This document shows, one piece after another, positions 1 to 10,844 of a DNA stretch of 64,000 nt. The stretch spans positions 18,176 to 82,175 of the forward strand of contig JAQUKY010000007.1 of NCBI GenBank assembly GCA_028718805.1, written 5' to 3'. Position 1 is the first letter of the stretch; the number at the start of each line of letters is the position of its first letter. The translations under genes and the position numbers were made by a program. Origin of the DNA: Candidatus Nanoarchaeia archaeon (GTDB lineage Archaea; Nanobdellota; Nanobdellia; Pacearchaeales; GW2011-AR1). A model generated the notes under the pieces. The model was not told the DNA's origin and made no database searches. It worked only from the letters and a program-made list of their open reading frames with translations.

Positions 1-7
1 CTTTTTA

Positions 8-427
8 TTGGAGAATTTGAATATACCCCCGGAGGAATTTGCTTTAATGGGGAAGAGAATGGAACTTTTAGATAAATATGGGCTCTATACTTTCTTTAGA
101 CAAGTTTACAAGCATAACATTTCTTTATTAATGTCTGATGTGTTTCCGGAAATAGAACCCTGTATTATACGAAGGAGGAATAGATGGAAAGGGAGAGAAG
201 GAATAATGAATGCTTACTATGCAATTGGCTGGTTGGCCAGAAAAACAAAAAAACAACCCTCTGAATTGACCAGGGAAGATTTCAAAAGACATAAGCTGTT
301 ACCAATGATAAGAATTCTATTTGAAGATTCTATGAGAAACGCGATAGAATTTCGCTATCCAGGAACATATCCTGGTATGGTTGCTGAATCAAAAAAATTA
401 TGGGATACTTTTAAAGATGGTAATTGA
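8..427 (+). CDS. Hypothetical protein (possibly 5'-truncated by the window edge)
   Basis: 139 aa ORF, no recognisable motif. Confidence 0.55.
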   Translation: MENLNIPPEEFALMGKRMELLDKYGLYTFFRQVYKHNISLLMSDVFPEIEPCIIRRRNRWKGREGIMNAYYAIGWLARKTKKQPSELTREDFKRHKLLPMIRILFEDSMRNAIEFRYPGTYPGMVAESKKLWDTFKDGN

Positions 428-484
428 GTATGAAGATATTAATAAAAATTATCTAAATTTACAAGAGGAGGAAAAAAGAAGAAA

Positions 485-1675
485 ATGCGTTTTGCCCACT
501 TATCAGACTGCCATTTAGGAGGATGGAGACAGCCGGAATTGCAGGAATTAAATTTAGAGTCTTTCAGAATAGCTATTAAAACCTGTATTGAGGAAAAGAC
601 TGAGTTTATCCTTTTTTCAGGGGATTTATTTGATTCTGCTTTCCCTCCAATAGAGATCTTAAAAGAAACCTTCTCAGAGTTCAGGAAATTAAAGGAAGCA
701 GGAATTAAATGTTATGTAATAGCAGGAAGCCATGATTATTCTGTTTCCGGAAAAACCTTCCTGGATGTTTTGGAAAAGGGAGGTTTTTGTGAAATATGCG
801 CTTATGAAGAAAAAGGGGAACCAGTAAAAGAAATAATACTAAAACCCTGCATTCACCAGTCTTATTATATCTACGGTTATCCTGGAAAAAAATCAGGTCT
901 TGAGATACCGGATTTAAGGAAGATTAAAATAAATGAGCCATATCAGTCTAATTTCAGGATTTTAATGCTTCATACGACAATTGATGAAGTTAAGGGGGAT
1001 TTGCCAATAGATTCAATTAATTTAACAACCCTGCCTCCGGCAGATTATTACGCCTTAGGTCATATCCATATCAATTTTGAAGAAGAAATAAATAACAAAC
1101 CTGCGATTTATTCAGGGCCTTTGTTTCCAAATAATTTTAAGGAACTTGAGGAATTAAAAAATGGAAGTTTTTACATAATAGATGTAGAGGGTTACACAAA
1201 GGTGACAAAAAAAGAGATTAAATTAAAAGAAATAGTTTCAGTCAACATAGAAATAACTGATGCTATTACAGGAACAGCAAAAATTCTTTCAGAACTTGAA
1301 AAAAGAGATTTAAAAGATAAGATTCTTCTTTTAAGGATTTATGGAGAGTTGGAAAAAGGTAAAACTTCTGACATCAAATTTTCTGAAATTGAGGAATATT
1401 TAAATAAACAGCAGGTATATTCTTTTTTGAAAAATACTTCTAAGCTTGAAACACAAAGGCAGGAATTTCAAAGTCAGATAAATCCAAGTGAGATGGGAAA
1501 GGTTGAGGAGACTCTTGTGCAGAATTATAAAAAGGAAAATCCATCAGATTTTAATAGATTAATATTTGAATTAATGGATTGTCTGAATTTAGAAAAGCAG
1601 GAAGGCGAGAAATCAACCATTTTTGAGCAGAGATTATTTTTAGGGCTAAGTAAATTGTTAAAGGTTGAGCTATAA
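485..1675 (+). CDS. mre11: Mre11 DNA double-strand break repair nuclease
   Basis: Metallophosphoesterase motifs SDCHLG, GDLFD, GSHD, ALGHIH, YSGP; rad50 nearby. Confidence 0.92.
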   Translation: MRFAHLSDCHLGGWRQPELQELNLESFRIAIKTCIEEKTEFILFSGDLFDSAFPPIEILKETFSEFRKLKEAGIKCYVIAGSHDYSVSGKTFLDVLEKGGFCEICAYEEKGEPVKEIILKPCIHQSYYIYGYPGKKSGLEIPDLRKIKINEPYQSNFRILMLHTTIDEVKGDLPIDSINLTTLPPADYYALGHIHINFEEEINNKPAIYSGPLFPNNFKELEELKNGSFYIIDVEGYTKVTKKEIKLKEIVSVNIEITDAITGTAKILSELEKRDLKDKILLLRIYGELEKGKTSDIKFSEIEEYLNKQQVYSFLKNTSKLETQRQEFQSQINPSEMGKVEETLVQNYKKENPSDFNRLIFELMDCLNLEKQEGEKSTIFEQRLFLGLSKLLKVEL

Positions 1676-1676
1676 A

Positions 1677-3206
1677 ATGATAAAAATAATTGATTGCGGA
1701 AGCCAATTGACACAAAACATTGCAAGAAGAATTAGGGAATTAGGGGTTTTTACAGAAATAATACCTTTCCATACACCTGTCGATAAGATTGAAGGTGAAG
1801 ATCTTGAAGGGATTATAATTTCAGGAGGGCAGTTCAGTGTATATGATAAAGACTCTCCTGTCTATTCTAAGGAAGTTTTTAATCTTGGTGTTCCTGTTTT
1901 AGGGATTTGTTACGGGCAACAATCAATCGCGCACTTATTTGGAGGGAAGGTAGTCTCTTCCCCAAATAGAGAATATGGTGAGACAAAAATAAAATTAAAA
2001 GCAAGAAGCAGATTATTTAACCGTATTCCTTTTTCTGATGAATTTAAGGTTTGGATGAGTCATGGAGATGTTGTTGAACAATTACCTACAGGTTTTGAAA
2101 CTGTTGCTATTTCTCAGAATAATCATATTGCAGCTATGCAGATGCAAGAAAAGAACATTTACTCGGTACAATTTCATCCGGAAGTTGACCATACAAAAAA
2201 TGGAAGGGTTATATTAAATAATTTTATAGAAATTTGCAATGCTCAAAGAACCTGGGACCCTGAAAAAGAGTATGGCAGGATGATAGATGAATTAAAAATA
2301 AAATTAAAAGGAAAAGTAGGGGTTGGTGGGATTAGTGGGGGGGTTGATTCTTCAACAGTTTCTATTTTAGTTAATGAGATAGCAGGTGAAAATTATCATC
2401 CGATTTTTGTTGACAATGGACTATTAAGATTAAATGAAGCTATAAAAGTTCAGGAAAGTTTGAGCAGTTTTAATTTAAATATAAAATATGTAGATGCCAG
2501 TGATAGATTTTTGGAGAAATTAAAGGGCATAGAAGATTCTGACGAAAAAAGAAAAATAATTGGAAATGAATTTGTTGCTGTTTTTGAAGAAGAAGCTAGG
2601 AAGATACCCGGAGCTAGTTATTTAGTTCAAGGAACCTTATATCCGGATGTTATTGAAAGTGTTCCTGTTTATGGTTCTTCATCAAAAATAAAGAGACATC
2701 ATAATGTTGGTGGCTTGCCTGAGAAAATGGGATTAGAGGTCATAGAACCATTTAGAAATTTATTTAAAGATGAAGTTAGGAAAATTGCAGAGCATAGACT
2801 AAGAATGCCAAAGCATATTGTATGGAGACATCCTTTTCCAGGTCCAGGATTAGCGGTTAGAATAATCGGAGAGGTCAATGAAGAAAAGTTAAGGATAGTT
2901 AGAGAATCTGATGATATTTTTATCAGCGAACTTATGAAAGAAGGTTTATATTATCAAATAAGTCAGGCATTTGCAGGTTTTCTTGGAGGAAAAACAGTTG
3001 GTGTTATGGGTGATGCTGGAACATATGAAGGAATTGTTGGATTAAGAGCAGTTGTTACAAATGATTTTATGACTGCTGATTGGTATGATTTTAAAAAATC
3101 ATTCATGACAAAGGTTTCTAATAGAATTATAAATGAAGTAAGGGGAGTGGGAAGTACTTTTTATAACACCTCTCAAAAACCCCCAGCAACAATTGAGTTG
3201 GAGTAA
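1677..3206 (+). CDS. guaA: GMP synthase (glutamine-hydrolysing), fused GATase + ATP-PPase
   Basis: GICYGQQ, QFHPEV, SGGVDSS, QGTLYPDVIES, HHNVGGLP, HPFPGPGL, KPPATIE; ATG at 1677 just after the mre11 stop. Confidence 0.96.
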   Translation: MIKIIDCGSQLTQNIARRIRELGVFTEIIPFHTPVDKIEGEDLEGIIISGGQFSVYDKDSPVYSKEVFNLGVPVLGICYGQQSIAHLFGGKVVSSPNREYGETKIKLKARSRLFNRIPFSDEFKVWMSHGDVVEQLPTGFETVAISQNNHIAAMQMQEKNIYSVQFHPEVDHTKNGRVILNNFIEICNAQRTWDPEKEYGRMIDELKIKLKGKVGVGGISGGVDSSTVSILVNEIAGENYHPIFVDNGLLRLNEAIKVQESLSSFNLNIKYVDASDRFLEKLKGIEDSDEKRKIIGNEFVAVFEEEARKIPGASYLVQGTLYPDVIESVPVYGSSSKIKRHHNVGGLPEKMGLEVIEPFRNLFKDEVRKIAEHRLRMPKHIVWRHPFPGPGLAVRIIGEVNEEKLRIVRESDDIFISELMKEGLYYQISQAFAGFLGGKTVGVMGDAGTYEGIVGLRAVVTNDFMTADWYDFKKSFMTKVSNRIINEVRGVGSTFYNTSQKPPATIELE

Positions 3207-3214
3207 AACAAAAA

Positions 3215-5263
3215 ATGCGCATAAAAAGAATACAGATAGAAAACCTGAGAAGCTATGAAAAGCAGGAAATTAATTTTCCAAGAGGTTCAACATTATTATC
3301 AGGGGATATCGGAACAGGAAAAACAAGTATTTTATTGGCAATTGAGTTTGCGTTATTTGGCCTGCAGCCGGGACAAAGAGGAACTTCTTTATTAAGGTCA
3401 GGAACTGAAAATTTAAGAGTAATTCTTGATTTTGAGATAGAAGGTCAGAATGTAACCATTGAAAGAACCTTGAAAAAAGGTAAAACGATTGCCCAGGATC
3501 ACGCTTCAATAAACATAAATGATGAAAAATTTGAAGGTTCTGTGACAGAAGTAAAAAACAAGGTGCTGGAATTGTTAGAATATCCATCTGAATTTGCTAA
3601 AAAAACAAATTTATTGTATAAATTTACAGTTTATACTCCCCAGGAAGAAATGAAGCAGATAATTCTTGAGCCTAAAGACATACGGCTTAATACTCTAAGG
3701 CATGTTTTTGGGATTGATAAATACAAAAGAATAGAAGAAAATGCCCTTCTTTTGACTTCCAGATTAAGGGAGAAAATAAGAATTAATGAAGCAATGTTGC
3801 TGGATTTAGAGTCAAACAAGGAAAATTTAAATCAAAAACAAAATTGTCTTACAATTTTAAAAGAAACCCTGAAAAAAGCAGCAGAAGATTATGAAAGAGC
3901 GACTCAATCAAGAATTAATAAAGAAAAAGAGATAAAGGAAATTCAGGAAAAGATAGATGATAAAAAGAGATTAGAAAATGAAAAATCAAAATCCTCTTTA
4001 TTAATTTCTGAGAAGAAACAGCAGATTACAACTTTTAATAATAATGTCAAAACTCTGTTATTACAAATAGAAGAAGCAAGAAAAATAACTTTCAATGAAA
4101 GCGAGTTTAATTCATTAAACAACCGGATTAAATTTCAGGAAAACAAGTATGATGAATTGCAAAGAGAATACATAAATGTAATCAGCAACCTTAAGACCCA
4201 AGAAGCAAAAAAAAGAGAGACCGAAGAGCTGAAAAATAAGATTTCCAGGCTTCAAAAATGCCCAACCTGCCTTCAGGAAGTAAGTGAAGATTATAAAAAT
4301 AATATTTTTAGAAAAGTTGAAACTGAAGTCCAGGAGATTCAGAAAAAGATCAATGAATTTAATATAAAAAAGAACCAGTTGATTGAGAAAATTGATTCAA
4401 ATAAAAAGATTTTAGATGATTTTAAAAAGCAAAAATCAGAACAGGAACTTTTAAAAATAAAATTTGAAAATCTGAAAGAGAAAGAGCAGAGGATTCTTGA
4501 AATAGAAAACCAAAAATCTTCAGTACAAAAAGATTTGGAAATCCTTGAAAAAATGATTGTTCAGTTAGATACATCAATAAAAGAATATTCTGTATATGAA
4601 AAGATTTTTATTGAAATGGGAAAACAGGCTGAAAAAGCAAAAAAAGAGGAAAATCTTGCAATCATAAAAAAAGCAGAGGTAAACAAAGAAGTTCAGTTTT
4701 CTGAACAGCAGATTTTAGAGCTTGAAAAGCAGATAAAGCAAAAAGAAAAATTAAAAGAAAGCACAGAAAGATTAAGACAGTTAGAATACTGGATTTCAGA
4801 AAAGTTTTTGGAGCTTGTTTTATTTACTGAAAAGCAAGTCATGTTTACTTTAAAAGAAGAATTCTCAAAATTATTTTCCAAATGGTTTGCAATACTTGTT
4901 TCAGATGAATTATCTGCCAAATTAGACGATAATTTCTCTCCTGTTATTGAACAGCAGGATTATGAACTGGATTATTCTTTTCTTTCAGGAGGAGAAAGAA
5001 CAGCAATTGCACTTGCTTATCGCCTCTCGCTCAATCAGGTTATAAATTCCCTGCTGTCAAAAATAAAGACAAGGAACCTTGTTATCTTGGATGAGCCAAC
5101 AGAAGGATTTTCATCTCAGCAATTGGATAAAATGAGAGATGTTTTATCCCAGTTAAAGACAGAACAGCTAATAATAGTTAGCCATGAGTCTAAGATAGAG
5201 GGTTTTGTTGATAATATAATAAAATTCACAAAAGAAGCTGGAATAACAAAGGTCGGGGAGTAA
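3215..5263 (+). CDS. rad50: Rad50 SMC-like ATPase
   Basis: Walker A GDIGTGKTS, coiled coils, CPTC zinc hook, LSGGE signature, ILDEPT Walker B. Confidence 0.93.
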   Translation: MRIKRIQIENLRSYEKQEINFPRGSTLLSGDIGTGKTSILLAIEFALFGLQPGQRGTSLLRSGTENLRVILDFEIEGQNVTIERTLKKGKTIAQDHASININDEKFEGSVTEVKNKVLELLEYPSEFAKKTNLLYKFTVYTPQEEMKQIILEPKDIRLNTLRHVFGIDKYKRIEENALLLTSRLREKIRINEAMLLDLESNKENLNQKQNCLTILKETLKKAAEDYERATQSRINKEKEIKEIQEKIDDKKRLENEKSKSSLLISEKKQQITTFNNNVKTLLLQIEEARKITFNESEFNSLNNRIKFQENKYDELQREYINVISNLKTQEAKKRETEELKNKISRLQKCPTCLQEVSEDYKNNIFRKVETEVQEIQKKINEFNIKKNQLIEKIDSNKKILDDFKKQKSEQELLKIKFENLKEKEQRILEIENQKSSVQKDLEILEKMIVQLDTSIKEYSVYEKIFIEMGKQAEKAKKEENLAIIKKAEVNKEVQFSEQQILELEKQIKQKEKLKESTERLRQLEYWISEKFLELVLFTEKQVMFTLKEEFSKLFSKWFAILVSDELSAKLDDNFSPVIEQQDYELDYSFLSGGERTAIALAYRLSLNQVINSLLSKIKTRNLVILDEPTEGFSSQQLDKMRDVLSQLKTEQLIIVSHESKIEGFVDNIIKFTKEAGITKVGE

Positions 5264-5269
5264 AAGAAT

Positions 5270-6598
5270 ATGCCAAAAGAGGATTTAACTGTTTTAATAA
5301 TTGGTTCGGGTGGCAGAGAACATACTATTTCTACAGCCTATGAAAAAAGCCCAAATGTTAAAAAGATAGTTGTATCTCCTGGAAATGATTTTATAGCTTA
5401 CAAAAGAGAAAAGGAAGTGATTACTGATAAAAATTGTTCGATTAGAGATCCAAATTCAATTTTGGATGTTGCAAGAAAATATGATCCTGACTTGATTGAT
5501 GTTGCTCAAGATGATGCTTTAGCAAATGGGGCAGTAGATATTTTAGAAAAGAATGGGTTTGTTGCTTTTGGACCTAAAAAAGAAACAGCAAGAATTGAGT
5601 GGGATAAAAGATGGTCGAGAGAATTTATGCAGAGGCATGGAATTTCACATCCGCAGTTTAGATATTTTGAAGACGAATTTACTGCAGAACAATATGTTGA
5701 AGGATTATATTCTATTAATCCAAAAAGAGTTCTCTATGTAAAAGCTGCAGGTTTATGTTCCGGAAAAGGAGCTCTTAAATCTTCAAGCTTAGATGAAGCC
5801 ATTAGAAATATCAGGAAGATGAAGAACTTTCCAGATAGAGCCGGGAGAGTATTTTTAATTGAAGAAAATTTAGAGGGGGAGGAATTTTCTTATTACGCAA
5901 TAAGTGATGGTCGAACATATAAAACATTTAAATCTGCGCAGGACAACAAAACGGTTTTTAATTTTGATGAGGGAAATCAAACAGGAGGTATGGGGGCAGT
6001 TTCTCCTGCCATGGTAACTGAACCGCTAAAAAAAGAAATAGAAAAACAGCAAATTTCTAAGGCAATTAATGGCTTGTTTTTAGAACAAAATCCCTTCATA
6101 GGCATTCTTTATTTTGGTGGGATTGTCATAAATGAAAAACCTATGAACATAGAATATAATGCAAGGTGGGGTGATCCAGAATGCCAAGTAGTTTTGCCTT
6201 CCATTGAAAATGATTATTTAGAAATTGTAAGATTTTGTTTAGAAGGAAAATTAAACCGCTTAGATATTAAACAGGATAACAAAACAAGAGTCTGCTTGGT
6301 TGGAGCTTCAAGAGGTTACCCTAATGATTACTCTTCGGTTAAAGGAAAGAGAATTTTCAATATTGATGAGGCTTTTAAAATAGAAGGGGTAAATGTGTGT
6401 GGGGCAGGTATTAAGATAGTGGATAGAAAAATGTATGCAAATGGCGGCAGACTGTTTAATATTGTAGCCGAGGGCAGGGATATTTTAGAAGCAAGGCAAA
6501 AAGCTTACTCGGCAATTGCTCTTATCAGTATAGAAGGAAACAATCTTCATTATAGAACAGATATTGGTTGGAGAGATGTGGAAAGGTTTAATCAGTAA
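5270..6598 (+). CDS. purD: Phosphoribosylamine-glycine ligase
   Basis: IGSGGREH, LEGEEFS, QTGGMGA, EYNARWGDPE, GGRL, YRTDIG. Confidence 0.95.
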   Translation: MPKEDLTVLIIGSGGREHTISTAYEKSPNVKKIVVSPGNDFIAYKREKEVITDKNCSIRDPNSILDVARKYDPDLIDVAQDDALANGAVDILEKNGFVAFGPKKETARIEWDKRWSREFMQRHGISHPQFRYFEDEFTAEQYVEGLYSINPKRVLYVKAAGLCSGKGALKSSSLDEAIRNIRKMKNFPDRAGRVFLIEENLEGEEFSYYAISDGRTYKTFKSAQDNKTVFNFDEGNQTGGMGAVSPAMVTEPLKKEIEKQQISKAINGLFLEQNPFIGILYFGGIVINEKPMNIEYNARWGDPECQVVLPSIENDYLEIVRFCLEGKLNRLDIKQDNKTRVCLVGASRGYPNDYSSVKGKRIFNIDEAFKIEGVNVCGAGIKIVDRKMYANGGRLFNIVAEGRDILEARQKAYSAIALISIEGNNLHYRTDIGWRDVERFNQ

Positions 6599-6599
6599 T

Positions 6600-7655
6600 T
6601 TAAGATATCCACTTTTTCTTCTTGAAATAAAGAATCATAGAAGATGCTATTAAGATTACTATTATCCAAAAGAAAAGATAGCCATATTTCCAGTATATTT
6701 CAGGGAAGAACTTAAAATTCATCCCATACATTCCTGCTACAAATGTTAATGGCATAAAAATAGTTGCTATTATGGTTAATACCTTCATAATCTCGTTTAA
6801 TTTATTGCTCATGCTTGAAAGATATATATCAATCATTTCAGACAGTATATCTCTTGTTGTTTCTATATTATCCATGACCTGGACTGCATTGTAATATATG
6901 TCTCTAAGGTAAATTTTTGTTGATTTTTTTATTAATGATGAGTCTCCTCTTTCCAGGCTGTTTATGACTTCTCTTAATGGCCAGACAGATCTTCTTAGCA
7001 CAATGACTTCTCTTTTTAAATCATGCAATCTTTTTATTGTTTCTGTGCTTGGATTAGAAACTAATTCTTCTTCTAAAAGTTCTATTCTCTCTCCAAGATA
7101 CTCAAGAACTGTAAAACAATTGTCTATAACAGCATCAATAATCCTGTAGACAAGATAATCTGCCCCCATTTTTCTTATTTTTCCTTTTGATTTTCTTATT
7201 TTTTCTCTTACTGATTCAAATGCATCTCCCTTTTTACCTGACTGAAAAGAAATTACGAAGTTTTTTCCAAGAATTAAACTTATCTGTTCAACTTCAACTG
7301 TCCCATCTTGCTGATTATAACTTAACATTTTAATCAGCATATAAATATAATCACCAAAGTCCTCTAATTTTGGCCTTTGATTTGTGTTTTTAATATCCTC
7401 CAGAATCAGAGGATGCAATCCAAAGCAAGCATCAAGCTGTTTTATTATTTCAGTATTTTCTGTGTTGTCTATGTCTATCCAGGTTACTGTTGAAGTATTT
7501 TTAAACCATTTACATTCGTCAATTGACTTTGCTTCTCTTTCCTTAAATTTATTCGCATCATAATCTATAATTGTAACTTTTGTATTATTCTCCTTAAAAG
7601 ACATAGATGAATTTTTAGACGAATGGCTTGAATTTTTAGATTTATTTTTAGGCAT
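6600..7655 (-). CDS. corA: Magnesium/cobalt transporter CorA
   Basis: LHPLILEDI, QRPK, YGMNF signature, two C-terminal TM helices. Confidence 0.96.
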   Translation of the reverse strand: MPKNKSKNSSHSSKNSSMSFKENNTKVTIIDYDANKFKEREAKSIDECKWFKNTSTVTWIDIDNTENTEIIKQLDACFGLHPLILEDIKNTNQRPKLEDFGDYIYMLIKMLSYNQQDGTVEVEQISLILGKNFVISFQSGKKGDAFESVREKIRKSKGKIRKMGADYLVYRIIDAVIDNCFTVLEYLGERIELLEEELVSNPSTETIKRLHDLKREVIVLRRSVWPLREVINSLERGDSSLIKKSTKIYLRDIYYNAVQVMDNIETTRDILSEMIDIYLSSMSNKLNEIMKVLTIIATIFMPLTFVAGMYGMNFKFFPEIYWKYGYLFFWIIVILIASSMILYFKKKKWIS

Positions 7656-7715
7656 AAGATACTGAACAGAACATTATTTATAAATTTTTAGAATTAAGTT
7701 TTTGTTTTATTTTTC

Positions 7716-7735
7716 ATCAAAAACTTTATAAACCC
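7716..7735 (+). promoter_or_regulatory. Archaeal BRE/TATA promoter for psmB-fttA
   Basis: A-rich run followed by TTTATAAA in the divergent corA/psmB spacer. Confidence 0.5.
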
Positions 7736-7825
7736 TAAGTTATATGAATTATTATAAGTTCTAAGGAGATTATGTAGTTCTGGAATAAAAAGTTCATAAA
7801 AGTAAAAAGTTCATAAAAATATAAA

Positions 7826-8497
7826 ATGGATAACGAATTAAAAAACAGTATTCTTAAAACAGGAACAACTATATTGGGAATTATCTGTAAAAATGGAGTA
7901 ATTATGGCTTCGGATAGAAGAGCTACTGCAGGAAATATGGTTTTAAGTAAGAATACTAAAAAAGCAGTTAAGGTAAATGATTATCTTGTGATGTCTGGAA
8001 CAGGTAATGCTTCTGATATTGAAATGCAGAAGAAAATAATCGCGGCTCAATTAAAATTAAAAGAATTAAAATCAAAGAAAAGGCCAAGTGTAAAAGAAGC
8101 TGCAAATCTAATCGGTATGATAACCTATCAGAATATAAGACAACCAGCAATGATTCCTTCAATTGTAGGAACCTTAGTTGCGGGATTTAATGAAGACGGA
8201 ACAACTGAACTTTATACAATAGAACCAGCAGGAACAGCAATGAAAGTTGAGGATTACGATGCTAATTTTGGTTCAGGAATGCCTTTTGTTCTGGGATTAT
8301 TAGAAAGGCAGTATAAAGAAGATATGACTGTTGAAGAAGCGACTAAACTTGCTGTTGAAGCAATAAAATCTTCAACACAGAGAGATACAGGAAGCGGTTC
8401 TGGAATTGATGTTTTTATAATAACAAAAGAGGGGATTAAACAGGTAGTTGAACAAGAAATAACTGCAGAATACAAAGACAGAAAAAAAACTGCTTAA
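7826..8497 (+). CDS. psmB: Proteasome subunit beta
   Basis: KTG|TT propeptide site, SDRRATAG, GSG, RDTGSG; conserved synteny with aCPSF1. Confidence 0.95.
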   Translation: MDNELKNSILKTGTTILGIICKNGVIMASDRRATAGNMVLSKNTKKAVKVNDYLVMSGTGNASDIEMQKKIIAAQLKLKELKSKKRPSVKEAANLIGMITYQNIRQPAMIPSIVGTLVAGFNEDGTTELYTIEPAGTAMKVEDYDANFGSGMPFVLGLLERQYKEDMTVEEATKLAVEAIKSSTQRDTGSGSGIDVFIITKEGIKQVVEQEITAEYKDRKKTA

Positions 8498-8656
8498 GTC
8501 ATATTCATTTTATGAGGTGAAAGAAGATTTAGTTTTTAAAGATAACAAAAATAAATCTATATAAAAATAATACAATATTAATTTAAAATAATAATCGCTT
8601 AAGCTAATTAAATATAACCTAAAGATAGTTTATAGTATTACCAAAAAACTAAGAAT

Positions 8657-8727
8657 AATCAATAATCAAACAACACTAAAACGCTTGGGCAATTGAAAAC
8701 AAAGCGAATAAGGATTTGATATTACCT
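8657..8727 (+). repeat. Intergenic modular element (ACTAAAACGCTT...CAAAGCGAATAAG type)
   Basis: Similar to 11328-11397, 22409-22480(-), 37744-37813(-) and the interior of the IS605-type element; a more decayed copy lies at ~8538-8643. Confidence 0.75.
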
Positions 8728-8781
8728 ATAATAAAGTAAATAAAAAGTTAATAAAACAAAAAAACAGAGGAGATTGTAAAA

Positions 8782-10671
8782 ATGTCAACAGATATTCTGA
8801 AAGATGTTCAAAAAGAATTACCAAAAGTTATATCTAGTGCAAACTTTGAAGGAGCAAACATAGTTCTCTACACAGACGATATGGATTTCTTTAGGGATAA
8901 TAATGGCATTATTAAAGAATTGGTTAACAAATTCAAAAAGAGAATTGAATTAAGAGCAGATGAGAAATTACTTTTAAGCCAGGAAGAAACAGAAAAAGAA
9001 ATTAAAAAAACAATACCAGAAGATGCTGGCTTAACTGATATTTTGTTTGACCCTCAAAGAAGCATTGTTGTCATAGAAGCTAAAAGGCCAGGGTTGGTTA
9101 TTGGAAAATCTGGGTTGCTTTTAAAAGAAGTTAAGGACAAAACCTTCTGGATACCTCAGGTTCAGAGAAGTCCTGCAATTAAATCCAAAATAACAGAAAA
9201 TATCAGAGATGTTTTATATCAAAATAATAACACAAGGAAAAAATTCCTTAATTCTGTTGGAAAGAAAATATACAAAGAATGGAATCCTGAAAAAATTGAA
9301 GGATGGATAAGGCTTACAATTCTCGGAGGAGGAAGGCAGGTAGGAAGAAGCTGTATCTTGCTTTCAACACCTCAATCAAAAATTTTATTAGACTGCGGGG
9401 TAGATGTGGCTGGGAGAGGACAGGATAAATTCCCTTACTTAAATGTAAGTGAATTTAAGATAAATGAATTAGATGCAATTGTATTAACTCACGCACATTT
9501 AGATCATTCAGGACTAATCCCTTATTTATTTAAAATGGGTTACAGAGGGCCTGTTTATATGACTGCTCCTACCAGAGATATTGCAGCATTGCTTGCTTTG
9601 GATTTTATTGGGGTTGCATACAAACAAGCATCAGCGCCATTATTCTCTTCGACAGATATTAAAGAGATGGTAAAGCACACAATCTGCCTGAATTTTAATG
9701 AAGTAACTGACATAGCTCCGGACATAAGAATAACTTTGTATAATTCCGGGCATGCTCTTGGTTCTGCCTTAGTCCATATTAATGTAGGGAATGGCGCACA
9801 TAATTTATTATACTCAGGAGATATGAAATTCATAAAAACAAAATTATTAGATCGGGCTATTGCTAATTTCCCAAGATTAGAGACAATGATTATAGAGTCA
9901 ACTTATGGAAGCAAAAATGATGTTCTTCCTTCCAGGCAGGAGTCAGAAGATGAACTAATAAAAACAATTAAAGAAACAATTGAGAAAAAAGGAAAGATAT
10001 TAATCCCAGAATTAGGATTAGGAAGAGCCCAAGAAACAATGCTTGTTTTGGAAGAAGCAATGAGAGAAAATAAATTACCTAAAATCCCAATTTATATAGA
10101 TGGTATGATTTGGGATATTAATGGTATTCATACAGCTTACCCAGATTTCCTTAATTCTAATGTAAGATCAGATATTTTTCAGGATAATAATCCTTTTGTT
10201 TCAGACATTTTTAAGAGAGTAGGTTCTCAATCAGAAAGAAAAGAAGTTATTGAAGGGGGGCCTTGCGTTGTTCTTGCAACTTCTGGTATGCTTGTTGGAG
10301 GTGCGTCTGTAGAATATTTTAAGCATTTTGCTTCAAATAAAAATAATAAAATTTGTTTTGTTTGTTATCAGGGTGTTGGTTCATTAGGAAGGCAGGTTCA
10401 GGATGGATTCAAACAGATTAAAATGAATATTGATGGTAAAGAAGAAATTGTAGAAATAAATATGAGTGTTATAACAATAGCAGGGTTAACAGCTCATGCA
10501 GGAAGAAATGAATTATTAGATTTTGTCAACAGATGCCAGCCACGCCCAAACAGAATTATTATAAATCATGGCGAGCAGAGCAAATGCCTGGACTTAGCAT
10601 CAAGTGTTTACAAACTTCATCACATTGAAACAAATGTTCCAAGAAATTTGGAGACGATTAGATTGAGATAA
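8782..10671 (+). CDS. fttA: Archaeal beta-CASP ribonuclease aCPSF1 / termination factor FttA
   Basis: N-terminal KH domains, THAHLDH metallo-beta-lactamase motif, GHALGS, ESTYG, NHGE, PRNLETIRL C-terminus. Confidence 0.96.
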   Translation: MSTDILKDVQKELPKVISSANFEGANIVLYTDDMDFFRDNNGIIKELVNKFKKRIELRADEKLLLSQEETEKEIKKTIPEDAGLTDILFDPQRSIVVIEAKRPGLVIGKSGLLLKEVKDKTFWIPQVQRSPAIKSKITENIRDVLYQNNNTRKKFLNSVGKKIYKEWNPEKIEGWIRLTILGGGRQVGRSCILLSTPQSKILLDCGVDVAGRGQDKFPYLNVSEFKINELDAIVLTHAHLDHSGLIPYLFKMGYRGPVYMTAPTRDIAALLALDFIGVAYKQASAPLFSSTDIKEMVKHTICLNFNEVTDIAPDIRITLYNSGHALGSALVHINVGNGAHNLLYSGDMKFIKTKLLDRAIANFPRLETMIIESTYGSKNDVLPSRQESEDELIKTIKETIEKKGKILIPELGLGRAQETMLVLEEAMRENKLPKIPIYIDGMIWDINGIHTAYPDFLNSNVRSDIFQDNNPFVSDIFKRVGSQSERKEVIEGGPCVVLATSGMLVGGASVEYFKHFASNKNNKICFVCYQGVGSLGRQVQDGFKQIKMNIDGKEEIVEINMSVITIAGLTAHAGRNELLDFVNRCQPRPNRIIINHGEQSKCLDLASSVYKLHHIETNVPRNLETIRLR

Positions 10672-10692
10672 TTTAAATTCTATTCTTGTTAT

Positions 10693-10782
10693 ACTAATAA
10701 TTTATTAAACGAATTTATATGAAGCAATCATTAGTAGCTTAATTTTAATGGCCCATTAGTAAATCGTTTATAAGATTACTAA
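10693..10782. repeat. Intergenic modular element with inverted AAACGA/TCGTTT ends
   Basis: TAATTTATTAAACGA...TCGTTTATAAGATTACT; resembles 39551-39636. Confidence 0.65.
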
Positions 10783-10844
10783 ACAGATTATTAAGGTAAT
10801 TAATCTATACAAATTCTTAAATACCCTGTAATTTTATTTTAGCA

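Noticed and set aside
3215..5263. Short Rad50 (682 aa) as a pseudogene
   Set aside because: Both ATPase halves and a central CPTC hook are intact; only the coiled coils are shorter
7786..7820. Tandem TAAAAAGTTCATAAAA duplication upstream of psmB
   Set aside because: Only two copies of a short AT-rich unit, likely slippage
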